Part shown: in pieces, positions 10,773 through 24,359 of the stretch
Layout of the letters: every line of letters begins with the position of its first letter
Position numbering within the stretch: position 1 is the first letter of the stretch
Source of the DNA: Chrysemys picta bellii
Lineage: Eukaryota
Reading direction: 5' to 3'
DNA: 64,000 nucleotides
NCBI RefSeq assembly: GCF_011386835.1
Contig: NC_088797.1
Location: forward strand, 40,610,001 to 40,674,000
Notes under the pieces: model-generated
What the model saw: only the letters and a program-made list of their open reading frames with translations
What the model was told of the DNA's origin: nothing
Database searches by the model: none
Made by a program: the position numbers and the translations under genes

Positions 10773-13700
10773 CTGGAGGAAGGTGGGGGAAGAGAAAGAA
10801 ATTTGATCTGGAGGTGGTGTCTTCCCAAAATGTTTTGTGTCCATATCTATTGGATTCCAATAGCAATTCAGATGGCTGATTAGACCTACAAAGTAGACAG
10901 GTCTTAAACCATTAAGACCTTAGATGCCTTTGGGCATATCAGCTAGGCAACTGCTTCCGTCAATGGGTACTATCCCTTTAAGGAGACACAAAGGCCAAAT
11001 TCTCTGCTGGTGTAAATTGGTGCACTGCATTGAAGCCAGTGGAGAAATGTCTGTTTACACCAAAAGAGATTTCAGTCCAGAACATTTAATTCAGTTTTAT
11101 CAGAGCAGATATCTCCTTTTAGAAGTGTTCTTGGGAGATATAGCCTACATGAATTCTTACCACCACTCTGCACCTTTCAGTCTCAAAAGTGAAATATCCC
11201 TTGATCTTATTACAGCCTATCCAAAAAAAAGATACGAAGATGGCATGCTCCAGCTAGCCCCAGTGGAACAGTGGTTGGCTGCTGTCTGGAGGAGCCTTTT
11301 GTATGGCAAGAGTAATACCTTCTTCAACATTGCTCTGTCTATATTTTTAACATTCAAAATTGAGATCTTAGTCTCTAGCAGTCATCCCTGGTGTTCCTTT
11401 CCACTAGACTATGTGAAGCTCTCTTAACAGGGTTAGTGTCTGAGCTCTACATCAGTGTATCTTCACTACAGAGCTTCTCCATCTTTCTCCACAACACAGG
11501 AGGGGATTGCTTGGGCCTGGAATTAGATGGCATGTAGGGCCCTATTCTCCTACTGAGGGATTAAAGTAATTCCCATTGCAGTGGAAGAGTAAATCCCATA
11601 TGTTATGTGGTGATGCTCAGGGCATCATTGCAATGTCCTGAAGGTCAAACAACGTTCACAGTGCCTTCTAACATCAATGAATCAGTGACAAACAATCTGT
11701 AACAGCTCAAGAGAAACCAATATCCATTTCATTGTCATAAATTTGTCAAATAAGGAAGACTGGATGCCTTTTCCCTATATTCTTGTTCCTTAATGGATTC
11801 CCTCAAGCAGAAGGTATAGGTGGGTGGATTGATAGGCTATTGTTTGTCCTATCCCCCGGCAACAAATCCACCCAGCATTTGTGAACCATCTGGCCATAAT
11901 CTATCTTCTAAATGTTTTTTCCTCTCTCTCTGTAGACTTTCAAGACGTTTGGAGAATCAATATTTAAAACATGTTCAACAAACAGCAATGTAAACACTGA
12001 TGTTCAATACTAGGGAACATGGATAGAGGGGCTCGCTCATAACATTGCTTAATCATCATTGTGATACACAAGTAGTTATGCATGGGCTGACAGATTGCTC
12101 AGAATCATCAGTGACTTGCTTATGAGTTTTGATCTCGTAACTATGTTAACTGACTTTAATATGGTTGCCCATTAATTATGAGTGTTTGTTGTGAGTAATA
12201 ATTGGATTGTCCTGTTATCTTCTAATAGGCTGATTTTTTTCCTATGTGGTCCCAGATGATATTAATATTTTAGCTGGTGTCCACTTCCCTTACTTTTTAT
12301 AGTACCAGGGAACTAATAACATTGGTTTGTTGACATATTTGTTACTTCAGGGGCATATAGGGTCAGATTCTTCCATGGATCAGAACCTTACTCCATGGCT
12401 AGCCCAATTGCCTTGCCTAGGCTAAATTCAAGCTATTCTGGTTGACTTCGTTTTTTATTAATTTTGGGGCATATTCTGATAATCTTACTCAAGCTGAGTG
12501 GTCCTTTACTCCTTGAATAGTTTTAACAGCCCATAGCTGAATTCTAGCTATTCTCAACAGATCCCCCGAGAAACCTTCAGAATATGCAAGGCACAAAGGT
12601 GGCTATAACAGTGTCACTATCTCCACAACCACCTCTCATGGCCCAGGATGGTGCTGCAGGTACCCTCCCTAAATTTCCCTCTGAGGTTCCTGGAAAGAGT
12701 CTACTCACAGCACAAGTCTCATCGAATATTGTCCCTCAGTGGAGAGAGAATTTATTCAACACAGTTAAGCTCCCAGAGTGAACACCCTTTTACTCAACTG
12801 TAGATTCAAGTTAAACAGCCCTTCTTCCTGAGACCATATAGTTCCAGTCCTGACCTCCCTGATGGCAGGTTCACCCCTTTAGACCAGAGTTTCACAGTCC
12901 TCCTTCTGGGACTGCCTCCTTTCAGTCCTGGCCTTCCTTGTCTTACAAATTCACTGCTTTATACCACGGTTTCACAGCCGTCCTCCTAGGGACTATGGCC
13001 TGGACCCACAAAGAACTTAGGCATTGAAACAGAAAGTGTCATAGCTCCGAACTTTTAGACATTTAAAGAAAAACCAACCAACCAACCACTCATCACAGGA
13101 ACAACACTGTGATCCACAAAGCCTGAGTTAGGCACCAAGGCTCACTCTACAATGAAGAGAGAGAGACAGGTGCCTTAGAATGTGAGCTACAAAGCCAGCA
13201 CGCTAGGCAGGGAGCCACCTAAGCTAACCAGTGGGAGATGCTGACAAGGAGAGTGTGTCTTAAGTCCCTCCCCTCTCATAGAGGTAGGCAGGGAGGCACC
13301 TGGTGTTATTTTGCAAGCCACAAACAGGAACCCATCACATGGAGTCAGCCAGCTTAGGCACCTAGGTAGTTTCTTGTATGAATGGGCCAGGTGCCAGCCT
13401 CACACTACACAATGGCTGGAGGAGGAGGAAGAGATGGCAATGGCAACCACCCTATAAAACTTAGTCCAGAGATTGCAGTACTCACCTGGGCTATAGGAGA
13501 GACAGGTTCAATTCTCCCCTCTTCCTGGAACAGATTCAACAAGAGAGACTGAGGGAGCCCTACATCAGACTATTCCATAGTTCAGTAGTGAGAGCACTGC
13601 CCTGAAGAGTGTGGGAGACACCTATTCAAATCCTCTCCCTTCCTCTGGCAGATAATGAAAACTTTCTTAGAGACCTTGAAAGAAATTATATTGCAGCAAA

Positions 13701-14844
13701 ACAAGAAATACATATCTTGCTTTACACCACAAAAACAGAGCTCACAACAATCATCCAGGGAGAAGATAGTCTTCACCCATTGAAACACCCAAGAGTTATG
13801 GGGGAGGAAAACTGAGTTTTTATCTCCTTGCTGAGCTTTCCTGAATGATGTAGGAATGCAGCAGGGTTCATCCTCATGCAGAAGAACTAATGGTTCAATC
13901 CCAGAAACCATAGCTTTCACAGGACCTTTGCACTGGTTCCCTACTCCAGCTCCTTAGTAGAGCAGCTCTATTGGAACTGCATCGCCAGGAACTCCCCATC
14001 TAGTTGCTGCTTCCAGAATCTTCATATAAGCAGGAGAGTTAGGATGGATTGCACAGGGTAGGGTTGGAGGCATGGAAAAGCTAACATGACAGGAGGTTGC
14101 ATGAAATTTTCCGCACTGTCCCCAGAGAGGGAGCAGCACTGATCTCACCCACTCCTGTCCCTGGATGATGCCGAGGTGGTGGCTAACCTTTTCCCTGTGG
14201 GACAAGGGCGATTTGGATATGGATGAGACTCAGTTATCACTCTCCAGGTATTTATTTTCCACTCTCTGTTCATCTAAACTGTAAACGTAAAATTTAACGT
14301 AAAATGTTCCTGGGCACTAAGCAACACAAAGAGGGAAATATGTTACAATGCTCTTTGCACCAACACTGTTGATATTCTCAAGATCTGTGACAGTTCCATT
14401 GAGGAAGCTGAAAATTGGTTTAATCTGGAAGCTGTTAGCTGTAGGCCTAGAGGAAAAAAAGTCAGTTGTTTTGTTAAATACAAAGCAAACTGGTACTTGT
14501 GTTGGCAGCTATCAAAACTCTTGAGGTCATTGCATTCACACCACTTTTAATACCGTTAAGCACTACACTACAAGCTACAGGAGACAACATGATAGAGGAA
14601 AGAGATCGTTGCTTTGATCACTCTAATTGCGAACTGTGCAAATAATGGCAGCATGCAGTTTGACACAAAATAGCCTGCTGGAAACAGAAAACTATCTCCT
14701 AGCTTCATTTTTCATATTAAACACATTTGACAATCAGATGAGAATCATGTTTCCATAAACAACCGAGTATTTGGATCAGGCCTCTGTGGCCATATTTCTA
14801 GCAACAACTAGCCATGGTTTCCAATAACATAGTTGAGTGTCAAG

Positions 14845-15385
14845 GCTTGAAGCCACAACAATTTGAACTATACCTCAACACATCTCAGAAGCTCAACAGA
14901 CTTAAACCTGGTCAACACTAGGACAGAAGCTATGAAAACACAGGTGTTACACTATGTGGTGCTAATAATTCAACAGATGATCCTGAACCCCACCCCAGGC
15001 TGAGGGGAGGTGCGCTAGCTGAGTCATAAGATCCTGACCACCTGCATTCATTCAAAATCCAATGGCAATTCTTTTCCCAAGCATGGGGGTGCTCTCTCAT
15101 GTCCTCCTGCCCAATGTGGGTGATAGTATTCCACCTCTCTAAATATCCCCAGTCATTTCCACTGGATTTGGCATTTTTCCATCACCTGCTGCCCTACCTT
15201 GTTGCATAGTTTATTCTGTTCCGATAAGCAACTGCTGTGTTCCTCCCCAGAGGTGGCTGCATTTCAGTGACTGAAGAAAGGACACAGATTTGAACATGAT
15301 TGTATGGATATAATTAAGAGCAACATTTGACCAACTTTTTGTAAAGAGCTTTTGGAACCCTTGGGATGAAAGGCACTATAATAAG
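14845..15385 (+). mobile_element. Ancient AmnSINE-type SINE (5S-derived head, Deu-like core, tail)
   Basis: atctcagaagctcaacag...cctggtcaacactagga...acacaggtgtt resembles the 5S rRNA internal promoter region. Downstream cctccccagaggtggctgcatttcagtg and a tgtaaagagc...gggatgaaaggcactat tail are typical of AmnSINE. Confidence 0.7.
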
Positions 15386-16041
15386 TAATTTGTTTTAATT
15401 ATCTTGTGATTAAAAACAGCATGAATATGGGTCACCCTTGTAGCTATTGTCTTTCCCCTTCTGAAGCACAGTAACACAGAGTCACACTGTAAAGAAATCT
15501 TTACATCAGATAAACTTGGTTATTGACTTGGAAATATTGAGAAGTTATAAATTAATGTGGTGTTTCTTAGGCCTTATTTTATTCAAGCACAAAATGCAAA
15601 AGCTGGAAAAATACCCAGTGGCCCCTATCCTCATTCAAGTGGTGCCAAAGGTGGTTGCAGTACATTACTGGCTCAGTAACTGAATAGCGATTGAACTGAA
15701 ATTAGACTTTGGTCAGAGGATTCTTAAAGCAGAAATCATGATGTGGTGACTGACCAGCTTCATCTCAGCAGAACTTTATATTATTTGACCTCTTTTCCCC
15801 CACTCTACACCATAGGCTGAATTTCTAAGGGACAGTGCATACAAGTATGGGAACAGGACAGTGAGAGCTAATTCTGAGGACACCTGCATAACCCCCCCCC
15901 CCCCCATTGAACCAAGTTTTGAGGATTACTGCAGACCTAAGTTACCCCGGCAAGATCCTCATTAGGAGCACCTGTGGCTGTGAAACCTAGCCTTGGTGGA
16001 CGCTACTGGAACCCAGGTTTGATTTTAAAAGATTATTAATT

Positions 16042-16114
16042 TGGAGCCTGATCAAATCCCACTGAAGTCAATAGAAAGCTACCCACCAACTTCAGTGGGC
16101 TTTGGATCAGGTCC
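16042..16114. mobile_element. Short palindromic element (Harbinger-type MITE family)
   Basis: gagcctgatcaaatcccactgaag...cttcagtgggctttggatcaggtccc is self-complementary. Confidence 0.6.
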
Positions 16115-17473
16115 CTAATGATAATTGCATTGGAGCCCAACAATGATGGATGCTACTGGAACCAGCATTTGGCCTTAATAGACTATAACAAATAATCTAA
16201 TGATCATCACAATAGCTCTTCTTGCCTTTCTATAGCATAAAAATGTATTTATAATGTTTCATTACATTTTCACATCCCAGAAGAAGAGAGTTGGCTAGAG
16301 TCACATTTTAAAAAATAACTCACAACAGTCTTGGCTCTCCCCTATTTGACTTTAATAACATGTGGAAGGGAAAGAGAAATTACTGCATACAGAAATGTAC
16401 AAGCAACTCTAACTATAGCAGAGACAAGAGGAGATCCAAGATCATCATCATCATGAGATCAGAATTTAAAACAATGGTGACTAGAGAGTATCCAGGGACT
16501 ATTAAGAGATTTGCATGGCCGAGGAAGCAGCAAGAGGACCGTTCTGTCAAGCGCACTGGCTACGAGGGTGATGGCAAAGCCAAAATTAGCAGTCTGTCTA
16601 TTTCCTGTCTGTCATCAAAATAAGTTCTCAAAGCAGATGATCTCTTTCCCAACTCCACTCTGATGCAAACCATCCAGATGTGCTTACCACAAAAACAGAC
16701 CTTTGTGGATAGGGAAAAATCAGTCCATAAGAATTGGATAAAGAGATTATAGTTAAAAGTAAATATTACCATTTACAATCATTATGTAAATCCAGGGCCA
16801 AATTCATCCGGGGGGGGGGGGGGGTCAACTGTGGCTTTGTGGAAGAGTTTAGTGCACTCTTCCAGAAGAATACATAGTAGGACATACATCCCCCAGCATA
16901 ACTACACAGATGTCACAGGGAAGGCACTCAGATGCCACAGTGACAGGCAGCAGTATAAAGCCCCCAGATAGATGTACTGGCTGGCACAGAAACAAGGGTC
17001 CACCCATTCCCCACTCCTTCACCTGCAGTCCCTGTCTACATGCACAGGAATGGTTGTAGCAGCTCCCCAAAAGCCATTCCTCCTCCATACGGCTATTCAC
17101 ATTATGGATAGTCAGTACAAAAGGAGTAAAGGGGGGCACCTTATGCTTTACTCCGCTTCCTAGACACACAGGATGGGCCGCAATCTGCTCCACAGAGTGT
17201 ACCTTCATTGATAGAAGTGAACTTACCCCTGGATTTCATTTGACTCATTGTGAAAGGCATGTTCCGTTCCCACCCCCACTCCTTGCAGCCCAGTAGTGGC
17301 ACTATCGGTGTGTCCCCACCATGGCTTTCCCCCACACCCCCATGCCCAACTGGGATATCAGTAAGTTCACTTTGAAGGATCTCAGTGAAGGGAAATCAAA
17401 ACAAACGAATAGCAGTCCTTTTAACAAGGTCTCAGAGAAGGTGCATTTGTCACACAGTTCATAAGGTCCTTAC

Positions 17474-17512
17474 CTCAGGATCCTGGTTCAGAGCTTCCAA
17501 ACTTAGAGAGTC
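17474..17512 (-). CDS. Candidate 39-nt exon, phase 0-0 (DSLSLEALNQDPE)
   Basis: Acceptor gaatcttttatttcag| and donor GAG|gtaagg, both near consensus; one open frame. Confidence 0.3.
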
Positions 17513-17537
17513 CTGAAATAAAAGATTCTGATTGCCT

Positions 17538-17814
17538 CAGCATTGCCAACCCCAAGTGTTCAAAAATCATGAGACCGGCTTTAAAATGATGAGATTATCT
17601 ACAAATAATAGATTTGGTGTTCTTTTTATTTCCCTTCTACTTTTTGAGCCTGTAGGGTGTGTTGGGGTCACATTTTGAAGCTTTCTCCACAGCCACAAGG
17701 GCTAAAACTTACTTTTTCTTCAGGAATGAAGGCTGAAATCATCAGATATCCACTTGACCCCAGGAGCTGGGGCTTTAAGGAAAAGAATAATTATCATGAG
17801 AGTTAACAACACTG
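17538..17814. mobile_element. Old hAT-type MITE
   Basis: Imperfect TIRs cagcattgccaac / gttaacaacactg; TSD not preserved. Confidence 0.55.
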
Positions 17815-18557
17815 TCTCCTAGCATGTGAGAGCTCACCACCCCCTTGCAGTCTGCATGGCTACTAGTCCCCTCTCTTGGGGAGCTGCTTGTTCCTATTTA
17901 AATAGCTCTAGGGCAGGGCAGGGGTTAATTACCCTTGATTATGTCAGGCTGTCTAGATTGTAAGCACCAGTCAGTCCATTAAAGGGGTAGCACATTCCCT
18001 CAACCCCATATACTGTATTTCATTCAACTGTATTGCAAATTCTCCTATTTCCCTTTTTCAAAAGGTCAGCTTTGTAACTGATTATTTCAGTTTCTGATAG
18101 CTTGAAAAAAATCCTGGGAGAAGTTGTTTTTGGTTCATTGATCATTGTACTCTTGGGTGTTATTGGATTGCGCTAATGGGAGATGTGCTGAAAAATCCAC
18201 TTCCTCAATTGACCAAGTTTCTTATACTATTTAATTGAAGAAAATCCAGTTATGTCTTGTTGTTTTGAATCTATATGAGTATATTTGAGTCTATATGAAC
18301 TTAGTGCATACCCATTAGCATCTGTAAGAGTCCCACATTCCCACAGTATGACATTTACCCTTGCACAGATTGCTAGCACACTTAAATCTCATGTAAGCTC
18401 TCAAACTGGTTTAAATGGGATGTAAGTGATGTATAAGCTTTGTTCTGCCCTTTGGAGAAGGAATGAATTTCACTCAGTCTGAGAAAAGTACACCTCTGAA
18501 TATGAGTGCAATCTGCCCTATGCAATTGAGCCCTAAATATTTTGTAGCTTTCCATAC

Positions 18558-18647
18558 CAATAATCAGTATATGCCTGATGTGTGACCATGTTCCATGTCA
18601 GGTCTTCTGCCTCTGGATTTCCAACATCAAGAACACAAACATCACTG
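18558..18647 (-). CDS. Candidate 90-nt exon, phase 2-2 (SDVCVLDVGNPEAEDLTWNMVTHQAYTDY)
   Basis: Acceptor cattcccctcccccaccccag| (NAGNAG) and donor TTG|gtatgg; open frame with protein-like composition. Confidence 0.35.
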
Positions 18648-19516
18648 CTGGGGTGGGGGAGGGGAATGTTCTGGGTTGGCTTAAAGCCCATTATAACTAG
18701 TAGGTGTAACTGTTGCCTTTGATTAAGGGTAGGTGTAAAAAACAATTGAGCTTCTTGTTGGAACTACATACTTGAAACAATAGGACCACCACCCAAACAA
18801 TAGGCACATGGCAAGGTTTGAGTAGAAACTGACCCATGTGGTCCACACAGTTTCTCTGGGGATTGATATAGCAAATATGGTGGCTAGGGCATTTAGTGGT
18901 GGAGCTGTTTGTACAGTGAAAAACCTCTCAGAAACAGACTTGGAAGGACCAGAAAGTCTAGGTGACTGCCAGAACAAGTACTAGGAGGTGTGGCCCTGGG
19001 GAAAAAAAACTTTTTGGATAGAGTTCTGGCTGAAAAAAGGCTTGGAATTGCGAACAAAGGAACTAGTTTCTATTGTTTGATTCCCATTGTGTTCAGGAAA
19101 ACACAACTTCATGTACATATTTTGTAAATGAACAATACTTCATCAGAGTCTTGACTCCATCATTTTCTCCTTCTAATGGAAACAACCCACAGGACCCTGA
19201 ATTTTGGTTAATCCCTTGGGTCAACAAGAACAGGACATTCAACAAAACTGAAAGGAGTATTAAAAACTGATAAAAGGAAAGACTTTTTCACTCAGTGCCT
19301 AGCTAGACTATGGAGCTCATTGCCACAAGAATTTAGTGAGATTCAAAGAGGGATTGGACATTTTTGTGTATGATGAGAATATACAGAACTGTAACAGTTA
19401 ATATGAAAACAAGTTTTTGAAGGTATATAAAAAAAACACCTCAGAATTCAGGGTTTCCACCAACCTTTAATATTAGGCAATAAAATGAGTCCTTCTTGGG
19501 AGGCAGATTATCTCAC

Positions 19517-20743
19517 TGTGACACCAGGGTACAATCCAGACTAATGAGTAGCTGTGTCACCCCTGCCCTGTGAGCCTGGGGTGCCCTTTACAATGCCTTT
19601 CTGTTCACAGACAGCCTCCAGCATGTCTGTGTGTGTGCTGCAGCCAGCCAGCCACACCATGGCTCTTACCAGCCTTAAAATTACCTCAGTGTGACCCCAA
19701 CTCATTCCCAATCCTAGATTTTCCCCCAGAAACGTATGTCCTGCACTGCCCAGCCCTCTCACAGAAAGTACAAATATATTAAGTCTGTTATTCCTTGAAT
19801 GGAATAATATGAACACAACTTGTTACCCCAAATTGAGTTAGCCAGACACTTCAACTTGAACACATTGATTATAGTTAATAAACTTGTTTTATCTAAAGAG
19901 ATTTGAAGTCACTACAAGTAATGAGGCATAAAAGTCAGAAATGGTTACAAGAAAAATAAAAAGTAAATGTTTACTGGTGCCCGATTTAACAAATGATATT
20001 AGATTCACAGCAAAGTTCTCACCACATGTTTTCAGCAGTCTTACTGACCAAACTCTTTAGAACAGGGCTCCTCCCCCAGAGTTCATTGTCTGCTTCCTTT
20101 GTCTCTTCAGGCACAGTGAATGTGATGGGCAGAGATAGAGAGGGGTGCTTTGGGGTGTTTGTCCCTCATTTTTATATTATCAGTCCCTTTCTTGAAAAAG
20201 ATTTCCAGGTGAGAAACAGAAGCCAAAGATTCTATGTGGAAGGATATTCCCTGGGTTTTTTTTCCACCTGTTTGAACTTCCTTTGTCCTCCCTTCCTGCT
20301 TAATGTCTCAGATTACTGCTTAAATGCAAATTAAGGCAAGCACACATACCTTTGTTTAGGACAGACCGGTTTGCCAGAAGCTGGGAATGGGCGACAGGGG
20401 ATGGATCACTTGATGATTATCTGTTCATTCCCTCTGAAGCACCTGGCATTGGCCACTATCAGAAGACAGGATACTGGCTTAGACGGACTATTGATCTGAC
20501 ACAGTATGGCCGTTCTTATGTTCTATGTATGCCAACTTTTATTTGGGCAGCACTGTGGGATTTGGAACATGTGTTAACACCACCATACAGGGGAATCTTA
20601 TAACCTCACATTCAATGTTGCCACACGTACTTGATTACTGACCAGCAAATTATGAGTTTTCAAATGATACTTTGCAAGGCATACTTTGTACAAAGATTAT
20701 TACAATAATGTGCACAGCATGAACACAGAGGTATATTGTCACA
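19517..20743. mobile_element. Solo LTR (probably Gypsy-type) interrupted by a CR1 3' fragment
   Basis: TGTGAC...GTCACA termini; flanks ctcac / gtcac look like a TSD with one mismatch; CR1 tail inserted at about 20345-20530. Confidence 0.65.
20345..20530 (+). mobile_element. CR1 3'-end fragment nested in the LTR
   Basis: ctctgaagcacctggcattggccactatcagaagacaggatactgg...atggccgttcttatgttct is a typical turtle CR1 3' UTR. Confidence 0.75.
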
Positions 20744-20754
20744 GTCACATCTGC

Positions 20755-20872
20755 CTATTACAGGGTTCTTGCACCTTTCTCTGAAGCATCTCGTACTGGC
20801 CACTTTCAGAGGTGAGATATTGGACTAGATGAACTGTGGGTCTGATTCAGGCTGGAAATTCCCATGTTCTAG
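20755..20872 (+). mobile_element. CR1 3'-end fragment
   Basis: ctctgaagcatctcgtactggccactttcagag...ggactagatg...cccatgttct. Confidence 0.65.
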
Positions 20873-21261
20873 TTTCAAGACAAATGTTGGGTAAAAAAAA
20901 AAACAAGTGTGTTATCAAATTTCCTTAACTCCTTTGCTTATTAAAACAAAACCTCTTGGTGTAGTTAGCACCATTTTTGCTCTTTGTTAGCATTTTGTGT
21001 TTCCTTGTCAGGTTCTCCTGCACTACTGCAGTGCTGCAATGTTGAGGCTGCAAAGGCTGCCAGGGAGCATACAAAGACAAATAATATGGTTTTCACTGTT
21101 TTTCTTTAATACCCTGACAGCCTTTTAATATTTGCTTTTCTGATATCTTTTATCTGAAAACATTGTAAATTACATCAGAGGGTAAGTGCCAGGGAGGGAG
21201 AAGAGCAATGGAAACTAAAGGATAAATTGGCACAAGAACAAAGAGGGGTAAACTGGGTAAA

Positions 21262-21450
21262 TTTAGGTTGGAAATTAGAAGAAGGTTTCTAACCATCTGA
21301 GGAGTGAGGCTGTGCAAGAATCTCTCAATTGAAGTAACAAGGGCAAACTTAACTAGTTTTAAGATGTAACTTGCTAAATTTACAAATGTGGATAGCAGGG
21401 GACTGGACTGGGTGACCCCATGTAGTCCCATGGACTAGAGGTCCCATCTA
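21262..21450 (+). mobile_element. Degenerate CR1 3' ORF2/UTR fragment
   Basis: ttaggttggaaattagaagaaggtttctaaccatc, corresponding to FRLxIRxxFLT. Confidence 0.65.
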
Positions 21451-21679
21451 GGAGATCCCAGCTAGACCCATGTCCTGTCTAACATACATTTTGGATTGAT
21501 AGGCTATTTTCAAAACCTCCTGAGGGATTTGAAATCCCAATTCCCATTAATTTCAATGGGGGCTGAGCTTTGCAAATCTCATCCATACTCTGACATTGTC
21601 CCTCTTTAAATAACCCAGAAGGCTTACATTTCATGGCTGAGCATGTCTTGCTTGTTTCTCAGCCTTAGCACCATAACAT

Positions 21680-22030
21680 GGAAAATGTCTAAAGGTGGTG
21701 TGGAATGCTTCCTTCTGAGCCAGTACTGAGCCAATACCCAGCATTGTGTTTTGGGAACGCTGCTGTGGGAGGTATCATTCACATACTGCAACGGCTAAGA
21801 ACCTGACCAATTATGGTCAGTGTGTTTTCCTTTCCATTGCTCTTTTCACCAGAGGAAGAATGTTAAGCTCCAGCATTCTGGCCAAATTCCAGTTTAGGTA
21901 ATTACATGCTGTCTACCTATATATTCCCTGAAGCTGTGACTGTGTTTCAGTTCTTGCCCTAAAATCTTGTGTGGTCAGGAGCTTCTCTAGCTATAGGCAC
22001 ATGAGGCAGCTGTTAGAGCAGCAGCTGCCT
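21680..22030 (+). mobile_element. AmnSINE1-like (Deu-domain) fragment
   Basis: cagtactgagccaatacccagcattgtg...cctgacc...tggccaaattccagtttaggtaattacatgctgtctacct matches the AmnSINE core. Confidence 0.7.
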
Positions 22031-22184
22031 AAGGTGGCAGACTTCTGGGAGAAGCGATTTTGTTAAAATGCTCAACCTACAAAATGTATTATTGTCTACA
22101 TGGCTCTGCAAATGGGACTAGGGGGTATGAATTGCAGATCACGCTAACTGCTCCATGTAGTCCCTGCTGGTGTGAACTAAGAAG

Positions 22185-22375
22185 CAGGGCCGGCTCCAGC
22201 ATTTCTGCCGCCCCAAGCAAAAAAAGCCGCAATTGGTGGCGGCAGTTCAGCGGCAGGTCCTTCGCTCCTAGAGGGAGTGAGGGACCTGCCACTCCCGAAT
22301 TGCCACAAGTGCCGCCCTTCTCCCTTGGCCGCCCCAAGCATCTGCTTGTTAAGGTGGTGCCTGGAGCCGGCCCTG
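22185..22375. mobile_element. hAT MITE (CAGGGCCGGCTCCAG TIR)
   Basis: 15-bp perfect TIRs; perfect 8-bp TSD CTAAGAAG. Confidence 0.93.
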
Positions 22376-22469
22376 CTAAGAAGTACCTAGTTCACACTGA
22401 TGTAGTCCACAGGACTGTGTTAATGCACAATAGGTACCCTTTAGTTTGCACCAGCAAGATCTACATGGA

Positions 22470-22770
22470 GCATTGAGAATGCTACGCATTAGAGTGCTCT
22501 GCAGTTCAGAGCCCTGTAGACAGTCTGTGGCACTGAGGGAAGTGTGAGGAGGAGGTATCACAGTGAAGTTTTGCATGGGGCAGCAGATTGCCTTGAGTGG
22601 CCTCTGCATAGGGTTGCTTTATACTGTTGAATAGTGGTTTCATTTCACCCCCAGGTTTGGCTGCCTTGCTGCAGTGGATAAAGTGATTCCTATATATATT
22701 GGAAGTAGGTTGTAAACCATTTTGGGATCCTTCAAGATGAGAAGTCCTGCCGATAAGTAAGATATTCATT
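22470..22770 (+). mobile_element. AmnSINE-like 3' portion
   Basis: cacccccaggtttggctgc...tgtaaaccattttgggatccttcaagatgagaag tail. Confidence 0.55.
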
Positions 22771-23397
22771 ACTCAGGGCTGGATTGCTCCCTTCTGAGTA
22801 AAATCCCACAAGAGAAGGCTGCAAGAGAGTAAATCTTGAAGATCTCAGATCTGTATATTCCATGCACACAATTTATATGCCTGGGTGCCAAACAATGGTC
22901 AGTTAGTTACTAATATGTGAGTTAAGTTGGAAAATATTCTTAATGCAAGATAGGAGCTCATATTCAAATGTTCAGGGACTTTCATTAGAGGAACATGAAA
23001 CAAATAAACAGATTAGTCACACCTGCACGTATGAATTCTGAGATTTATCAGAGCAGCCCATGCCTTTAGCCTTTTAGCTCTATTTCAATCTAAGGTTGTC
23101 AATACTATTAGAAACTGCATTCCAATACGGCACACCATGAAAAAAAACTATGCATGTAGTTTTAGTAAATCAACGACAATATTGGACAGATTCCCTCAAT
23201 ACAAGTCTTTAGAAATGACTGACCAAGCTGATCTGTATTATAAACTGATCATAGGAAACAGGCAATACAAAAGTAAAAATCTGAACAAATATGCCCACCA
23301 GTTAAGATGTATTAATGTAATTAAGTTACAATGTGAATGAGACTAAAATAGGATCTTGACCCTAGAAAATATCAAAGATTGGTCGATGAGATAAGAT

Positions 23398-23779
23398 TGA
23401 CATGAGAGAAGTCCTGTCCTGTCAGTGCCATTGGAAATCTCCTCCCCCCCCCCACCCCCCATCACCACCTTAACTGGAAATGATGAAGTCATAGAAATGA
23501 CACTACTTATTAGATACTGAAGAAGGGATTTGGGCCATATACTAAATCCTATTGACTCCCTCCTTGGGTAAGGCACGCCTTCCTATTGGCAATCAGGGAT
23601 CAAAAGGGGTTAAGCCACTCCCCAGAAGGCAAAATTTTAGAGCATAACACCATTTCCTGTGACATCATCATTGCCAGTTAAGGTGGGACTTCTGATGGCA
23701 TTGAGGGGGGTAGGCCTTCCTGTTAAAATGGGACTGTCTTTGAACACCTCCAGTTAAGGGCAGGACTCACTGCCTGTCA
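23398..23779. mobile_element. Ancient foldback / long-TIR element, family unassigned
   Basis: tgaca...tgtca ends; internal ccttaactggaaatgatgaagtcatagaaatg pairs with catttcctgtgacatcatcattgccagttaagg. Confidence 0.6.
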
Positions 23780-24359
23780 TCCTTATCTCACCCATCAATC
23801 TTCATGACATTTGCTGGTGGCAAGATACTGCTGATCAAAAGGGATTATTCAAAAACAATAATTCCACCAAGTTATCATTCCCAGCTAGTCAAAGGGAGAA
23901 GGCTAGCACTGATAAGAAAATGCTTTCTATACAGCTTAATTCACAACACTAATTGTGTTCCTTTTAACTGTACAGCCAAGCTTTGCTGAGCTACTGTGAA
24001 TTCAGTCAATATTTATTTTTAAATACCTTTTTTTGTCAACATCTCCCTAAACAAACATGATAAACTAGTGCAGGAGGAAAGATTATCCTGTGGTTAGAAA
24101 CAGTAGCATTAGCAATTCCATGTGGACTCCATGAAGCTGGACCAAAATCCTGAAGCAAAGACTGTGGATTAAGCTTTATAATTAACGAGATAGGAAAAAT
24201 TAATAATACAATCAGTACAATAGTCCCAGTATTATTTTGAAAAGCAAGCTAATGGTTTTCACACTGCCTCCACATTTTCATTGTTTAACATATAATGTTC
24301 TAAATGGGTTCACTCACCACTTTGGCGCCTTCTTGTGGCCAATATGGGAATTAGCTTTG

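Noticed and set aside
10924-11427. 167-aa + strand ORF
   Set aside because: Spans a palindromic MITE and other repeat-like sequence; no domain or splice support.
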